From: Eledone cirrhosa
Taxonomy: Eukaryota
Reading direction: 5' to 3'
NCBI GenBank assembly: GCA_964016885.1
Contig: OZ024742.1
Location: 214,334,001-214,398,000, forward strand
Length of the DNA stretch: 64,000 bases
The translations under genes were made by a program, and so were the position numbers. How positions within the stretch are numbered: position 1 is the first letter of the stretch; each line of letters begins with the position of its first letter. This document shows, one piece after another, positions 40,151 through 53,820 of this stretch. A model generated the notes under the pieces. That model saw nothing but the letters and a program-made list of their open reading frames with translations. It was not told the DNA's origin and did no database searches.

Positions 40151-41899
40151 TATATAAATATATGCATACATATATTACACATCTACATACACTCATACAT
40201 ACATATATACATTCCTACATGCATACATACACATTTCCACACATGCATATAATCCCATTCTAATGTAAGCATACAGGTTGTTTAAAATCTGTTATTTATT
40301 TGATAAAAGAAGGAAAGATAACACATATAATGTAAAGACTGAGTTGAAAACGAAGGAAAAATATTTAGTTTTCATCAGCAGAAATGTTGAAAAGGAAAGT
40401 AGTAAGGTGAATAACAGTATTCTTTAACAATCAAGGTAAACGTCTTATCAAACTGAGGTTGTCAGACAGTCTCGGTATTAAATATCAAAGCAATGATACA
40501 GCAAGCACAGTTAACCTATTATTGCCGTAATACATAAACATTTCAAGATGGTTTACAAGATAGAATTGGTCTGGAAGCAATATTTACTTCCCCCACCCTA
40601 AAACTAGTTTATTTTATCCAATGATGCAGTAAATTAAAGTGCTTACTTGTTGAAAATACCATTTTCTTTTTTTCATCGTTTTTTTATCCATTTCATTTTC
40701 TTTTTAAAATCTTTGGTAAAATTCTATTTTGAGATATGTAGCAAAATGCTGTATACAAAGACGGATTGTAGTTTTAAAGCGACTGGTTTCAAGATCGAGT
40801 TCTTTCAAACAATCTTGTTGAAATTCCCATTAAAAGTAGCAATAAATACACTAACAAATACAATTAATGTTTCCACCAGAGAAACGTTATCACTCTTAGA
40901 GAAATTTTTATAGAAATTCATCAACTTCTCTTGCATATAAAGATTTATATCGGAATATGAAATTAACAAAACGTAATCAATATCATCAACATCTATATCG
41001 GAATGTATACCCTAAGGATGGTGGAAAAAAATCGATCTTCAGTAATCACTCCTTTGAGGCGGAATAGAACATACACTCCGGGCAGGCAGCTACAATAATG
41101 ATTGCACTCTCCAATTGTTTATGAGATGAAACTAAGATGAAAGTCCACCAGTATGTTATTGTATCAGAGTGAATCATGGTACTCATACACTCACAAGGCA
41201 CGCCAAACGAATATTTACCATTTACGTTGCTAATGACGAATAATTAATATTAAATGACATGTCTGCATCGGAAATAGAAGTGGCATGAAAAAAGGAGAGA
41301 TCCCAAGCCGATTTGATATCAGGCTACAGCGACGCTTAATTTGTCTTGGTTATGGCCGGCAATGAGTTAACACCCAAATCTCCAAAGCAATCGGTTACGA
41401 AGCATTTAGGAAGACCATTCCTATGCTACACGAGGATCGACCTAAAGGTAAGTGACATATATGCAACACGTGTAGAAGTGTTAAAAGCAGACCTAAGCAA
41501 AACGAGGCATGTCATGAAGACAGACGTGCAGAGGAGACGGGCTGTCCGTGGCATATGGGAGGAGAATACTTAGTTCAGGAGACATATCGACATCAGAATC
41601 AACAAGCCAAATACAACTTTTACGTGCAAAATCTTCCACAATGTAAACCGTTTTAGGGCTGGGGATTCTGCGTTCCAAACATAATTGATCAATGACAGAA
41701 AGGCCATGGAACAGTTAGACAATTGTATGTTAGTAAAACTTGATTTCATGCCCTATTTCATCCGAAATCTAAATATTATACACCTATACAACAGTTCTCT
41801 AATTCAATTACAATAAATGTTCATGAGATTATCTGAAATATCTGAATTCAATTCCTTTCAGCTGTATTCAGTACTCATCTCTAGATATATCATGTCAGT

Positions 41900-42034
41900 A
41901 TTACGTCCCTTTACGATCTGAGTTCAAATCCCGCCGAGATTGACTTTGCCTTTCATCCTTACGGGGTCGATAAAATAAGGTTCCAGTAATACACTGGGTA
42001 ATTGCTGGCCTTGTGCCTAAAGTAGAAACAATTA
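41900..42034 (+). mobile_element. SINE family C, 5'-truncated
   Basis: TTACGTCCCTTTACGATCTGAGTTCAAATCCCGCCGAG...GTAGAAACAATTAT. Confidence 0.85.
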
Positions 42035-43607
42035 TAAAGGCTTCTAAAAAATTATTCATACCTCGTTATTGTTGTAAAGGTAAAATGCAATACAATGTTT
42101 GAATTTATACTTTTACTTTGCATTCTCATGTATTTATCGATCTCATGTATTTCTGTTATTTTAAACATATCATACAGGTCCATCTTCAGCTACCGCTCTT
42201 CTACCGGCTACAGATACATGTGTGAACCATGTAGTGATAATTTTAGCAAATCTACTGGAAAGCTGAATATTTTCCCCACACCTTTAACGTCCTTTTCACG
42301 TCATTAAACTTGAGTACATGTATGAGGACTTGATCAAAGGGGAAATTGTTTGTCGCCTGTTTTTATAGTTGCATCCGCCACAAAATCTCTGTCGTTGAAT
42401 GCTTACTCTTCCCAGTCAAAGGAAGTTGATCTATCTTTCTTCGCGATAGACTCGGCCGACAGGCGCATCCATTCCAGAGTTTTTCAAATGCCCCCACATA
42501 TTAGCAATATTGAGAAAATTAACATGTACGTGTATAACGGTGTTGTTGCTCTGTGAGTATCTATAATAAACAATTCCATGTTTGTAGATTTTCTTTTCAA
42601 CCACAAATACGCTTTGTAGACCGATAGTTCTGAAATTATTTATGAGTTGCTCCCTATACTTGTTGACACTCAGACTTTCTCCAATGTACATCCTCTCTCT
42701 TTTTCATCACTAGTCCTCTATAGAATGTCATTGTGGATTTTCTCGCAAACCAATTATTCAAGTGGTTATGACAGTCAGCGCAGGAGAACATTGGACGTGT
42801 TAGTCGCTCAGTTTTGGTCTTAACTTGAACTTGAAAGCAAGCTTCACCAATAGATGAGCCGTAGAAAGTCGGATCTTACAGATGACGATAACACAATCTC
42901 AACATCTGTAGACGCTGCTGTTTCAGCATGTCTGAGCATCACCAGGCACCGCATACCGTGTCCTCTGCATTGCGGATTTGGGCATAAGATAGAGTATATG
43001 GCAAGTAGAACGCATGTCTTCCAAAAAAGATGAAAAAGGAGAAGCTTCAATCTGTTCATACGCAATCTATGGTGAGGCAGTATTATGGGCCAGGATTTTT
43101 TACTTTCAATTTTCTATTGCTAATCGCCAAACTATCAATTATTCGTGGTTATATTATAACAAAGTTTGAACATTATGTGGCGCTGCAAAACAGAAACATA
43201 TTCAGGAAAACGTATGTATAAACTTCTCAGTTTGCTTCTTATCTGTATGCCCAATGAGAAAATTAAAATTATATATCATATAAAGAAAGTTATCTGATTA
43301 AACGTTATACACTATCGTAGAAACAATCTTTCGTTTTTATTCCATCATCTACTTTTTCTTTTGCAATGTTCCTTATGTATTAGCACAACATTTGGCTTTC
43401 TTCCTAAAGTTTTACTCTCACGTACATTGAGAATCTGACTAGAAAAATATTTGCAGCTGTTTGTCCATAAAATATTAATCAAACGTGATTCCCTTGCCGG
43501 GTATATATTTCCAATAACTACTGATATACAGAACTTCACAATAAACTCATTTTCTAACTCTTTTTCAGACATTTACAGAAAAGTGTTTATACTCTAAATT
43601 AACACTA

Positions 43608-43686
<79 letters not shown>

Positions 43687-43854
43687 GGAGTCGTGACCCC
43701 GATGGTCTGAGCTCCTGCCGTTTCAACAGCTAGTTCCGAACTAGGTGTTGAAACAGCTAGAGCTCAGCCATCGGGGTCCCGACTCCTTCATATTGCCACT
43801 ATACTACGCAAATATCGAGTACAGTGGTGAGTCTAACAGGTTTTACTGAATCAA

Positions 43855-43908
<54 letters not shown>

Positions 43909-44141
43909 AATAAAGATTCAGCGAGAATCGGCTTCGGCGGGAAGGAAAGGCGAAACGAAGCGCAAGGATCAGAAATGACACTGGCAAAGTGCTCAATAGT
44001 TAAAAAACAGAGCTAAACAATGTGTTAAGAAACCATACAAAACTGAAAAGGTGGTGAAGAAGGCATTAACCACCCAAGCCCAAAAAACAAATCAAGCTAA
44101 ACAGGGCAAAACAAAATAAATGATAAAAAAATAAATGATAA

Positions 44142-44184
<43 letters not shown>

Positions 44185-44220
44185 AATTACACAATTATCA
44201 AAGTTACGTTCAAATCATGT

Positions 44221-44272
44221 AATAGCTGACAATCGTTTCTTCCAAACTTTCGTTTGGAGTCATCGGACCATT
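44221..44272 (-). ncRNA. Minimal hammerhead ribozyme (U4C variant)
   Basis: AAUGGU-CCGAUGA-CUCCAAAC GAAA GUUUGGAA-GAAA-CGAUUG-UC-AGCUAUU. Confidence 0.6.
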
Positions 44273-45917
44273 ATCAATGTTTGTACATATAATTAACCTC
44301 CTTTTCAACTGAACAATCATATAAATGCATATATATTGATGTTGTGAACTAGTTTCATATTTACAGGGTGTAATAGATGCGACATATATTATACGAGAAT
44401 TGTACAATAATTAAAATTAAAATTAAAAGCACAGAGTGGAATACATACGACAGATAATACAAGAGTAAAAGTCTAATAATTAAAGAGGCATTGAGAAAGA
44501 ATGAGGACACTAGCAGTACATATGCAAGCGTGTAGAATGTGCACATGCGTTAGTCACATATATGATAAGGAAGCAAGCAAATATATTAGGCATATATAAA
44601 TAAATAATTAAATAAATAAATACTGTATAGCAAAGGTATCACATAAAACACCAAGCAAATGTGTTATTAAAAATTTATGGCGGATGTAATGTGACGATAG
44701 TGTTCAAATTTGTGTGTGTTGAGAAAATGAAAGTTATTGTTGTCTTTTCAATTACATATGTTAAATTATATTTTAGTTAATGTTTATATTGAATGTTTTT
44801 AGTTAGTTACAGCAATGGATTGTAAATTGGTCTTATTGTATTCTTATTCATGGATTAGAGTTGTTCAACAGGTAGTTTTTCTAACGGTTTTATTTCCGGA
44901 AGTGAGTGTGAGATCCAAGATTAAAGGGAGCTAATGCGTAAGGGGAGGTAACTAGCTAATTAAATTAAACTAAAATATATAGGAAAGTAACAATTATTAA
45001 AAATACTTTGCACTAATACACATTATATTGTGATTACAAGTGAGTCTCTTTTACATAATGTTATATATTTATACTTAATTTTAAATAGTCTATTTTCCTG
45101 TAATACATTAAAGGTCTTATTAGATTGTCCATTACTGGACAAGATATAAGTTAGGGAAAAATGTATAGCTGTTTATATGTCCAATTAGTTAAATCATTTG
45201 TGTAATAATATACATTATATTGTGTTAAAAGTGAATCCCTTATATACAATGCTATTAATTTATATATTTAATTATAAATGTAAATATAATTTATTATTAC
45301 CTATTACATTAAATGTCTCTACATATTATATATCTATTACTGTATATAAGATAAGTACGCCATAGTAGTTATTTTGAAAGGTGGTAACTTTATGTTTATT
45401 TCTAATAGTTTTTGTAGAGTATAAGGTTAGAGATAAATAGGAGTTGTGTAGAGGAAAGAGCTGATCAAAGAGAGTGTTGCTGTGGGGGCTGATAAGTCCT
45501 AGAGGTGAATGTTAATGGTGGTGAGGAATTCAAATCTGACGTTGTTATATACTAGCAGCTAGGTTTAAAGTGATGGAAGGAGTGTCTGTAGTGGTGCTGG
45601 CATGAGGAAAATACCTCTGATTTTCTATTTAGGAGGTCTGGTTTCGAAAAGATTATAGTACGGGTCTCTAGAAGAGAGAGGCTACAAAATGTATTCGGTG
45701 GTTTATACGATGTGGCCCGACCTACTACTTCCCATTGAAGTGTATATGGTCTATTTCTAGTTTTCAGAGAGTGTATGTAGCTAGATAAAGAAGTGTAGTT
45801 GGCTAGATTGCGTTTTTTGAATGAGTGTAGGTGCGAGTTTTATCTCGTCTTAAAGCAGTTCGCAGTAGAGCCAATATAAGTTTTAGAAGAGTTGTTTGCG
45901 TTGACCGTGCATGAGTA

Positions 45918-46098
45918 AATGATTGTTTCTACTTTAGGCACAAGGCCAGCAATTACCCAGTGCATTACTGGTACTTTATTTTATCGACCCCGTAAGGATG
46001 AAAGGCAAAGTTAACCTCGGCGGGATTTGAACTCAGACTGTAAAGGGACGTAACTATGCTAGAAAGCAGGGCGTCCGACCCTCTACCGATACTGCCAA
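45918..46098 (-). mobile_element. SINE family C inserted in PLE endonuclease
   Basis: Reverse complement of the 13213-13398 family, lying within the GIY-YIG remnant. Confidence 0.9.
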
Positions 46099-46344
46099 TA
46101 AGCAATTATTACCTAAGGGGCAAGTTCTATTAGTTCTACAGTTACATTTATTCTGGATGTTTGCTTGCCGGTTACTATGTTGTGTAGAAGTCTGGTTGCT
46201 AGGGATAGCATTAGGATAAAGATGGTTGTCATTCCTATCGTTATTGATTTCATTAGTGCTATTACCATTATTACTATTACTACTAGGATTTACAGGTACT
46301 AAGTTTATCGCCTGTTGAGTTTTACTTAGTTGGAAATACACTGC

Positions 46345-46699
46345 AATGCTTTTAATTAAGCATACAGTGTATTGCAAAATACACTATATATACATTCATA
46401 TATATATCGCTATTTCAGAACACCAATTCCAAATTTTCAATTTCTGCTTGACCGGCAACCGCTCTGTATAATCAGTTACTGATAATTACTAGAATTCTAT
46501 AAGAATCAAATATTCATGATTTTCAGCAAACAGATGGAGTACTTAGCTTTGATAAGCACCAAAAAGTGCGAAACAAAGCTCTGTCAGTTTTATCTCCCCT
46601 GTTTGTTGAAAATTAAAGTAAGTGAGACTGTCACTACTCTAAAACAGTAGCGTAAGGTCTTCGAAATGATTTTAATTAAGCATACAGTGTATTGCAAAA
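46345..46699 (+). repeat. 320-bp-period non-coding unit with 35-bp terminal direct repeats containing an HHR
   Basis: AATG.TTTTAATTAAGCATACAGTGTATTGCAAAA at 46345 and 46665. Confidence 0.8.
46545..46589 (+). ncRNA. Hammerhead ribozyme, U3-A8 core variant
   Basis: AGCU-UUGAUAA-GCAC CAAAAA GUGC-GAAA-CAAAGCUCUG-UC-AGUU. Stem III is near-palindromic. Confidence 0.65.
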
Positions 46700-47400
46700 A
46701 GAAAACGTACACAAAGAAAGACCGTACAACAACCAACAAGATCAGCACCGTCTCATAAGGCCATAGATGAGTTTCAATATCCATGATCACGCAACTCTAA
46801 ATATATGGCCTCCTAGTTCTGCAGCGACGTTAATCAGTTGGATTATTCGTAACAGATATTTGCAAACGTGACCCAATTTAAAGTTATATAAATTAGATGA
46901 ATCATCTCATAAATCTTCCCTGAATAAAAAGACAAAACAAATTTGATATCTTTTAGGATTTTCAATATTCGAAAAAATAACGAGAAAAATAAAGGGTAAA
47001 AAAAATTACCTAGAAGCTAAAATCATATGAAATCGTACATGTTAATAACAAGTTGTGGTTTTATAGGATCAGTCTCTTCACTTATAAATATTATGCAGAT
47101 GGGTGTGGTGAAACAGGATATGTAAATCAAAGTCACTGACTTGCATGTTCTAAGAAAGAATCTCGACTTTCTTATTTTTGTAGAATTTTCCCAAGTATTT
47201 TAACTTCACTTTTAAAACATAAAATAAGATAAACAATTCTAAACCAACATTTACATCTGGAAAATAATTACATGAAAGCTGTTTAGTTTTACGTGAATCA
47301 CGTAAAATCATTTCCGTAAAACTCGCATAGGTATACACCTATACTATGCATACATACATCTACACACATATATAGATACTTATGTATATATATGTAGGTG

Positions 47401-47482
<82 letters not shown>

Positions 47483-47689
47483 AGTGTGTGTATGTGCGCG
47501 TGTGCATGCGTGCGTGTGCGTATGTGTATGTTTATAAATACAGTTTGGAAGCAGTCTAATGATTGAAACCTGCCAAAGAACAAATGAACGTATATATATA
47601 TATACACACGTACACAAAAATACACACTCGTACACACATATACATAAACATACGCACACACATACATACATGTATAAATATATTGGTTT

Positions 47690-47899
47690 CTTATATAGGC
47701 ACAAGGCCAGTGATTTTGGGGTAGAGGAAAGTCGATTAAATCGACTCCAGTGCGTGACTGGTACCCTATTTTATCGACCCCATGGGGATGAAAGGCAAAG
47801 TTAACCTCGGCGTGATTTGAACACAGATCATAAAGGGCCCTAACTCTTTGCTGCAAAGCATGGCGTCCGACTCTCTACCGATACTGCCAACCCACCGCC
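47690..47899 (-). mobile_element. SINE family C (longer 3' variant)
   Basis: Reverse complement of the family, with an extra TCGATTTAATCGACTTTCC segment also seen at 53385-53500. Confidence 0.85.
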
Positions 47900-48123
47900 C
47901 TCATATATGTATAAATATATTATATATTATGGAAATGTCTTCTACACGACCAAAGCTGTTTCATTCACTACCCCTGATCTTTTCATAGGAATGAATCAGT
48001 TTTAGTCCTTTGGAGATAAATTTCTATATAAAATAAATATTCTTTTTTCATGTTAAAGTAAAGAGTATCTTATTGAACTGTGGTTTCTTTCCTCTTCGAA
48101 AACAACCTTATTTATTACACATA

Positions 48124-48203
<80 letters not shown>

Positions 48204-48220
48204 TTCTCTCTCTCTCTCTC

Positions 48221-48313
<93 letters not shown>

Positions 48314-49049
48314 AAAGGAAAACAATGATTTCACTTGTAGTTGGTGCTGTAAACAATTTAATTTTATAATATTACAATTTTGCTATGTAGATCTAGTACG
48401 TTATTTGTTAGCTTCGGTGGGAGGTTTTTCTTAACATTCCTTGTTAACTTTCTTGAGAACTTTCTCCCATTTGTCGGTGGCGATTGTCAGACTGATCTAA
48501 GGTTGCGTTGCTATGTGTGACTCTATATATAAGAGAGTTGGGTGTGTACTTTATATATATATATACAGCAGTATAGTTAATACGAAGCATCGTGATATAT
48601 ATATATTACATGACGGATATGTTTCAGAAAGCCAGTACAATAAGGTAGACTTATATAAAGAGCATAAGATGACAAATAAAACAAAACAAGATAATGTGTT
48701 ACGCAGTATATTTTAACATGACATTACATGGCTACTTCCCGCTTTCCAGCTTTGTAACGAAAACGGTTCAAAATAAAACGAACGATCGATGTATTGTTCC
48801 CTACCTGTCACGTATGCGTGAAATCTTTATAGTAGCCAATCTGCTTTGTGTATTACTAATCTATTATTTATACTTGGCTTTTTCTTGTTCATGACAGATT
48901 CTATAATGATTCTTACATTTCCCAACATTACTTTCCGTCGCTTCTATGGTGACTTAAATATCCCGGCAATAGCATCTGTCAAGATGCTTTTTGACAAAAT
49001 AATCTCTCGTCGTCATGCGCTCCCTGCTCCGTAAATGCAGCATCCGGAC

Positions 49050-50030
49050 GCTTTCATACAAAATTCTGCGTTGTTGATAGGACAATTCGGAAGAGTGCAC
49101 ATTTCGAGTTTGCCAGCTGAATATTCAGGACCTCCCTACGTATGGCTTGTCTGATGGCAGTCTTCCCATTGAAGTGCGACAGCTTTAGGTATGATATGTT
49201 GCCTGTAAGGGCGTGTGCCATCCTTGTAGTTTTAAGTGTTGCTACCTTGGCATTTCGGTATTTTGCAAGAGAGTAGGTTAGTTGCTCACAGTGAGAATTC
49301 TATTCTGCTGATATGTTTGCCTCTACCGTCCCTGCATCTATTGCACACCTGGAAGATTCCAGTCCATATATAGGCCATTTTTGGGTCCGTAGCAAAGGGC
49401 AAAATCATAGTGTACGAAGCAGTTTGAGTAGGCATCCGCCATGTAAAATCTGTTGTAAATTGAACCCTCACCCGTGACTCTAAGCGTAAAGTCGCGTAGT
49501 GGGAGAGACCCAATGGTATCTGGGTTCTCAATCTCAAAGTTCACGTGTGCGTCCACGTTTTCGAAGTCTTGATGGCTCCTTCATATGACAAAGTGACTAT
49601 CATAATAACATAATAACATCCCCGTACCTGGAAAAGAAAATGCCAGAGCTGCAAGTAGTGAATGCTGTACGCTGAAACTTGTCCATGAGCTCGGTGATCA
49701 ACAGATCTAAGAGCCTTGACCCCATCAGGAGCCCCAAAATGTTCTGTAGACGGATCTTTCAAACTGGAAAAAGGTGCTGCATATGATGTGGATGTCAGCA
49801 GCACTGAGCCCGACACAACTGAGTTCGGTAGAGGCGATGTTGGCGTCCGTAATTAAGTCAATAAATGAGGTGCGGGGAGGCGACAGGTGTAAGAAGAAAG
49901 TACATCTATACGAAATGGAGATTTATTCTGTCTAAGTGTGGTGGGGGTTAAGTTTTTTTAGTCTGTTGATTTCTTCGTGTGAGCCGTCTACGTGCCGGAT
50001 GACGATGTGAAGGAGATCTTTGAAAATGTG
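49050..50030 (-). pseudogene. Heavily decayed PLE reverse transcriptase (third PLE lineage)
   Basis: Frame-joined minus-strand motifs: PFRIDVLSSYT; CSTFFQFERSVYR..FGLLMGS; FFSRYG/DV; VNFEIENPDTIGSLPLRDF; FVHYDFAL; LPNCPINNAEFC. Confidence 0.65.
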
Positions 50031-50109
50031 TATAAAAGCCAAGAAACATTGAAAAAAAGACCATTAATGCCAGAAACAATGGGTCTAATTTTTAACACAA
50101 GCTCTATTT

Positions 50110-50290
50110 TGTGTGTTTTAATAAGATGGTATTTGTAACCGACCCATCTGGCTCCCTCATCACTAAGGAAATGGAACTGCTAATCTGTGGACCGACGTTT
50201 ATTCTAGGTCGAGGCTATACCGAGAAAATAAAACATGACATAAAAGACAACTTCTGTAGAACAACATATCAGTTGAAGTGGATGAAGCTC
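50110..50290 (+). pseudogene. Possible PLE N-terminal fragment, inverted relative to the adjacent RT remnant
   Basis: LITKEMELLICGPTFIL resembles the PLE N-terminal LT..E..LL.KGP.F motif. Confidence 0.4.
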
Positions 50291-50933
50291 TCACATATAT
50301 CTCTGCAACTACCACACCTCTCCCCATTTCCCCAACAGTTGTAACCGTTACCAACATCACTGGTGTCGCCTCAGCTACTACTATTACCTCTGTCAACTCT
50401 AATGTTAGTTCTCCCTCATGTTACACCCAGTTAACACACTCCAATCACTCCAACCAACCAATCTAACTAGACTTAAGAAGGGCATTTTCAAGATTTTAGG
50501 AGGCATTTTTCCCCTCCTTCAATCGTTCTAGGTCTCCGCACATCGCTCTTTTTTATCTTAAATTCAAAACAATGGAAAATACCACCTTTTTCGAAATATT
50601 TCCTCGGGTGCCTCGGATTCTCCATAAAACCTGAGCGGCCACAAATGACCATTGTCATTCCAAGATTTTTCTCAAGCTAAGCCCTAAGAAACGCATTTCT
50701 ATACCCATCCCAATAATCACCACAAATATCATTAAGTACTAAGTGTACTGATTTCTAAAACTGTATAAAAATACGTATACAATGAACTCACTCCATTGTT
50801 TACCCAATGCATTCAATAATTCCACAATGAAGTCCTCAGTTCATCTACAAGTAAATGTCCGTATCTGCATGTTATATATGTGTTATATATATGTTATAGA
50901 TATATGTTATATAGTTATTGTATATGTATATTT

Positions 50934-50997
<64 letters not shown>

Positions 50998-51646
50998 CAC
51001 TGAGAGAAAGAATGAGAGAGAGAGAGAGGCACAGAGAGAAAGAATGAGAGAGAGAAAGAGAAAGAAATAGAAAGTTGAGAGACATCTATGTGTCTGCTCG
51101 TGTAGATGCGTGGGAGTATGTGTATGGGATATTTTTTTTATATTTGTCGATGAGGTATTTAACGTTAAAACTGCTTCAGGGCTATAAATCCCAAGTGTGA
51201 TAATTATAAAACTAAGTGTTATCTATTTGCAGAAAAAAAAGCACCTATCATTTTGAGGTATTTGCAGTCTTTTGAATTTATTTCAGACTCCATAGATGTA
51301 AACTTGATATTTCTCGACATCGCGCATAGAACAAATATATATTTGTATAACACACACACACACACACACACACTCATACATGTATACACACATACACATA
51401 TACACATACACACATATATATATGGGTGAGGGAGTGCACGAGTGTATTCGTGTATGTGTACGTTACTATAGTCCTCGATATACATGCAATAAACGTGTAT
51501 GTATCCAAATTGTTGTATGATGTTTTGTTTTTAAAGTATTTACAACCAAATCTCTATGCATACATGCATACACACATACATACATATATACATATTTACA
51601 AACATATATATATACATATATACAGATGCATATACATAGACACGCC

Positions 51647-51718
<72 letters not shown>

Positions 51719-51795
51719 GGAGGTGAGTTTTATTGTAGCACAATAAAGCAATGCAAATATCGGATAAGTAGCACTCAACAGTTTATTGGACTGAG

Positions 51796-52032
51796 TATAT
51801 ATAAGAATAAATTAAAAGATGGTTAGAAAAGTTCCATGTATTTTATTATGCGCATTTCAAAAACAAATATCATCCAGGAACGATATTTGCGTTCTCATCT
51901 TGTTTAAGCTTCATATCATGTCTCCCTATTTTATCTGATCAGAACGCAAATATCGTCCCTGGATGATATTTGTTTTTGAAATGCGCATAATAAAATACAT
52001 GGAACTATTCTAACCATCTTTTAATTTCTTCT

Positions 52033-52040
<8 letters not shown>
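51796..52040. repeat. ~100-bp inverted repeat (51796-51895 / 51941-52040) ending in a TA tract
   Basis: GTTCCATGTATTTTATTATGCGCATTTCAAAAACAAATATCATCCAGG.ACGATATTTGCGTTCT and its reverse complement. Confidence 0.9.
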
Positions 52041-52090
<50 letters not shown>

Positions 52091-52946
52091 TTAGATAGAT
52101 ATAGACATATGCATATGCATATATATACGTTGATACAGCCACACGCCACCACACACCCACATATATGTACATGTATATATATTTTATTAGCACAGACTAC
52201 AAGTTTAAGCAAACAATTTCTGCTTTGACGCTCAAACAGAGCCTCTGAAGATATTTCAAATGATCCCATATAAGAATCTGGAAGAGTTAAACTTTGTATT
52301 CAATTGCTCCAAATTATCAATTTATTGAACTGCTTATAATGTGACTAATACTTCGCACTTCTCTCAAAGGGATTCGACGTCCAGTCCTATTTGTGTCTGC
52401 CGCCACAGTTAAAATACTTTCACGCCATGTGGTTTTTTAGTTTTGGCTGACTCTCGGATCTCAACAGATATAAAGTTATTTTGTACTTTATTGGAATTTA
52501 TCCAAAGATGATTGTGCTGCTGTTTAGTTTCGCATCTTCCGTAGATTTAACAAAATCGATAAGCCATAATCGATTTCGGAGATCGATTTTTCTTTCTGTT
52601 TAAGAACATGGAAACCGTAAGGAAAATAAGAATTTTCGACCTTAATTATGCATGTGTTCCTAAATATTATATGTTTTATATATATGCACAGAATACTATG
52701 TCTTTCTCGAACAATATATGACCATTTCTCACGCTATATATATGCTGAAGGACTTCTCGATAGCATGGAGAACCGTGGAAAGAATTATATTGATTAAACG
52801 ATTTATGTAACCTCAGCATCTTATTTTGTGATCTTTATGAAAATCTCCATCGTAACTAAAAACTGCGATTGTCGTGTGCTTTCTCCTGCTTGCTCCTGTT
52901 TTTACCAAAACAAGCTCTTCGGAACACACACACACACGCGCATATA

Positions 52947-53055
<109 letters not shown>

Positions 53056-53384
53056 CAAATGGCATTAAAATACATTCACAATATGTATAATGCGTGATGA
53101 TAGATTTATATTAATATTTTAACCCTCTTAAATCTAATTAATATAGATAACGTTTGATATCAATTAATTTCGATATATTTGCCGTGGGATAATATAAGTA
53201 TGCATATATTACATATTATTGCTAAGTTAGCAGTATCGATAACAAGTTGTACAGAATGCGTTTGGATATTCATTTTGGTTCGAGATCAGCTGGGCCTTTT
53301 ATTTCGCCTGTTTGATAAATATACGTGCTATTTTAGTACTGTTCTTTCTCTCGTTCATTATTGGTTATGTTGCATCAAGATAAG

Positions 53385-53500
53385 GTTCGTTAAATACGAC
53401 GTGAGTGAAATAAAGCACTAGTAATACACTGGCGTAGATTTAATCGACTTTTCACACTCCCTAAATTGCTGGCCTTGTTCCTATAGTAGACATCATTATT
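53385..53500 (+). mobile_element. SINE family C, 3' remnant
   Basis: AAATAAAGCACTAGTAATACACTGG...AATTGCTGGCCTTGTTCCTATAGTAGA. Confidence 0.6.
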
Positions 53501-53820
53501 TTTGGATTCCATTTGTTTGCGTTATTTTCCGCGTTTAACACTTCCATTCAAGCACATTGAAAATATTTAACTATTTCTTTGGGCATTATATAGAGTTCGA
53601 GAAGTTGTTAACAATAAGCATTTTGACCATATATTCCTATAATTTTTAACATGTGAACTATATGTTAAACAAGAAAAAGGAAAAAATTGAATTTGTAAAT
53701 GCAAATTCGACGTCTAACTTAAAATAGGTTTATTTGTGATTTTGCAATACTCATCCATAACAATATCTCGTACGCTTTTGAACGATTTCAAAACCGTGAC
53801 TTAACAAATAGAAGACGTTT

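Larger units (their letters stand above)
44183..46344 (-). mobile_element. Second, diverged Nematis-type PLE (GIY-YIG remnant 45549-46340, 3'UTR/pLTR to 44183) interrupted by a SINE
   Basis: CNCRTNRTCPLGNNCL | IIYSCTV...YIGSTANCFKTR*NSHLHSF...LLNRKSEVFSSCQH. The pLTR start motif and HHR are shared with the 23.6-27.0 kb element. It ends at a TA tract. Confidence 0.85.

Noticed and set aside
41346-41573. 75-aa ORF with an AAG|GTAAGT donor at ~41447
   Set aside because: No recognisable homology or convincing acceptor.
42431-42691. ORF starting MYIGES as a possible GIY-YIG
   Set aside because: The downstream R..EH and upstream xIY motifs are not recognisable.
42910-42950. CUGGUGA...GAAAC...GUC hammerhead-like string on the minus strand
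   Set aside because: The core is mutated and stems I-III are all weak.
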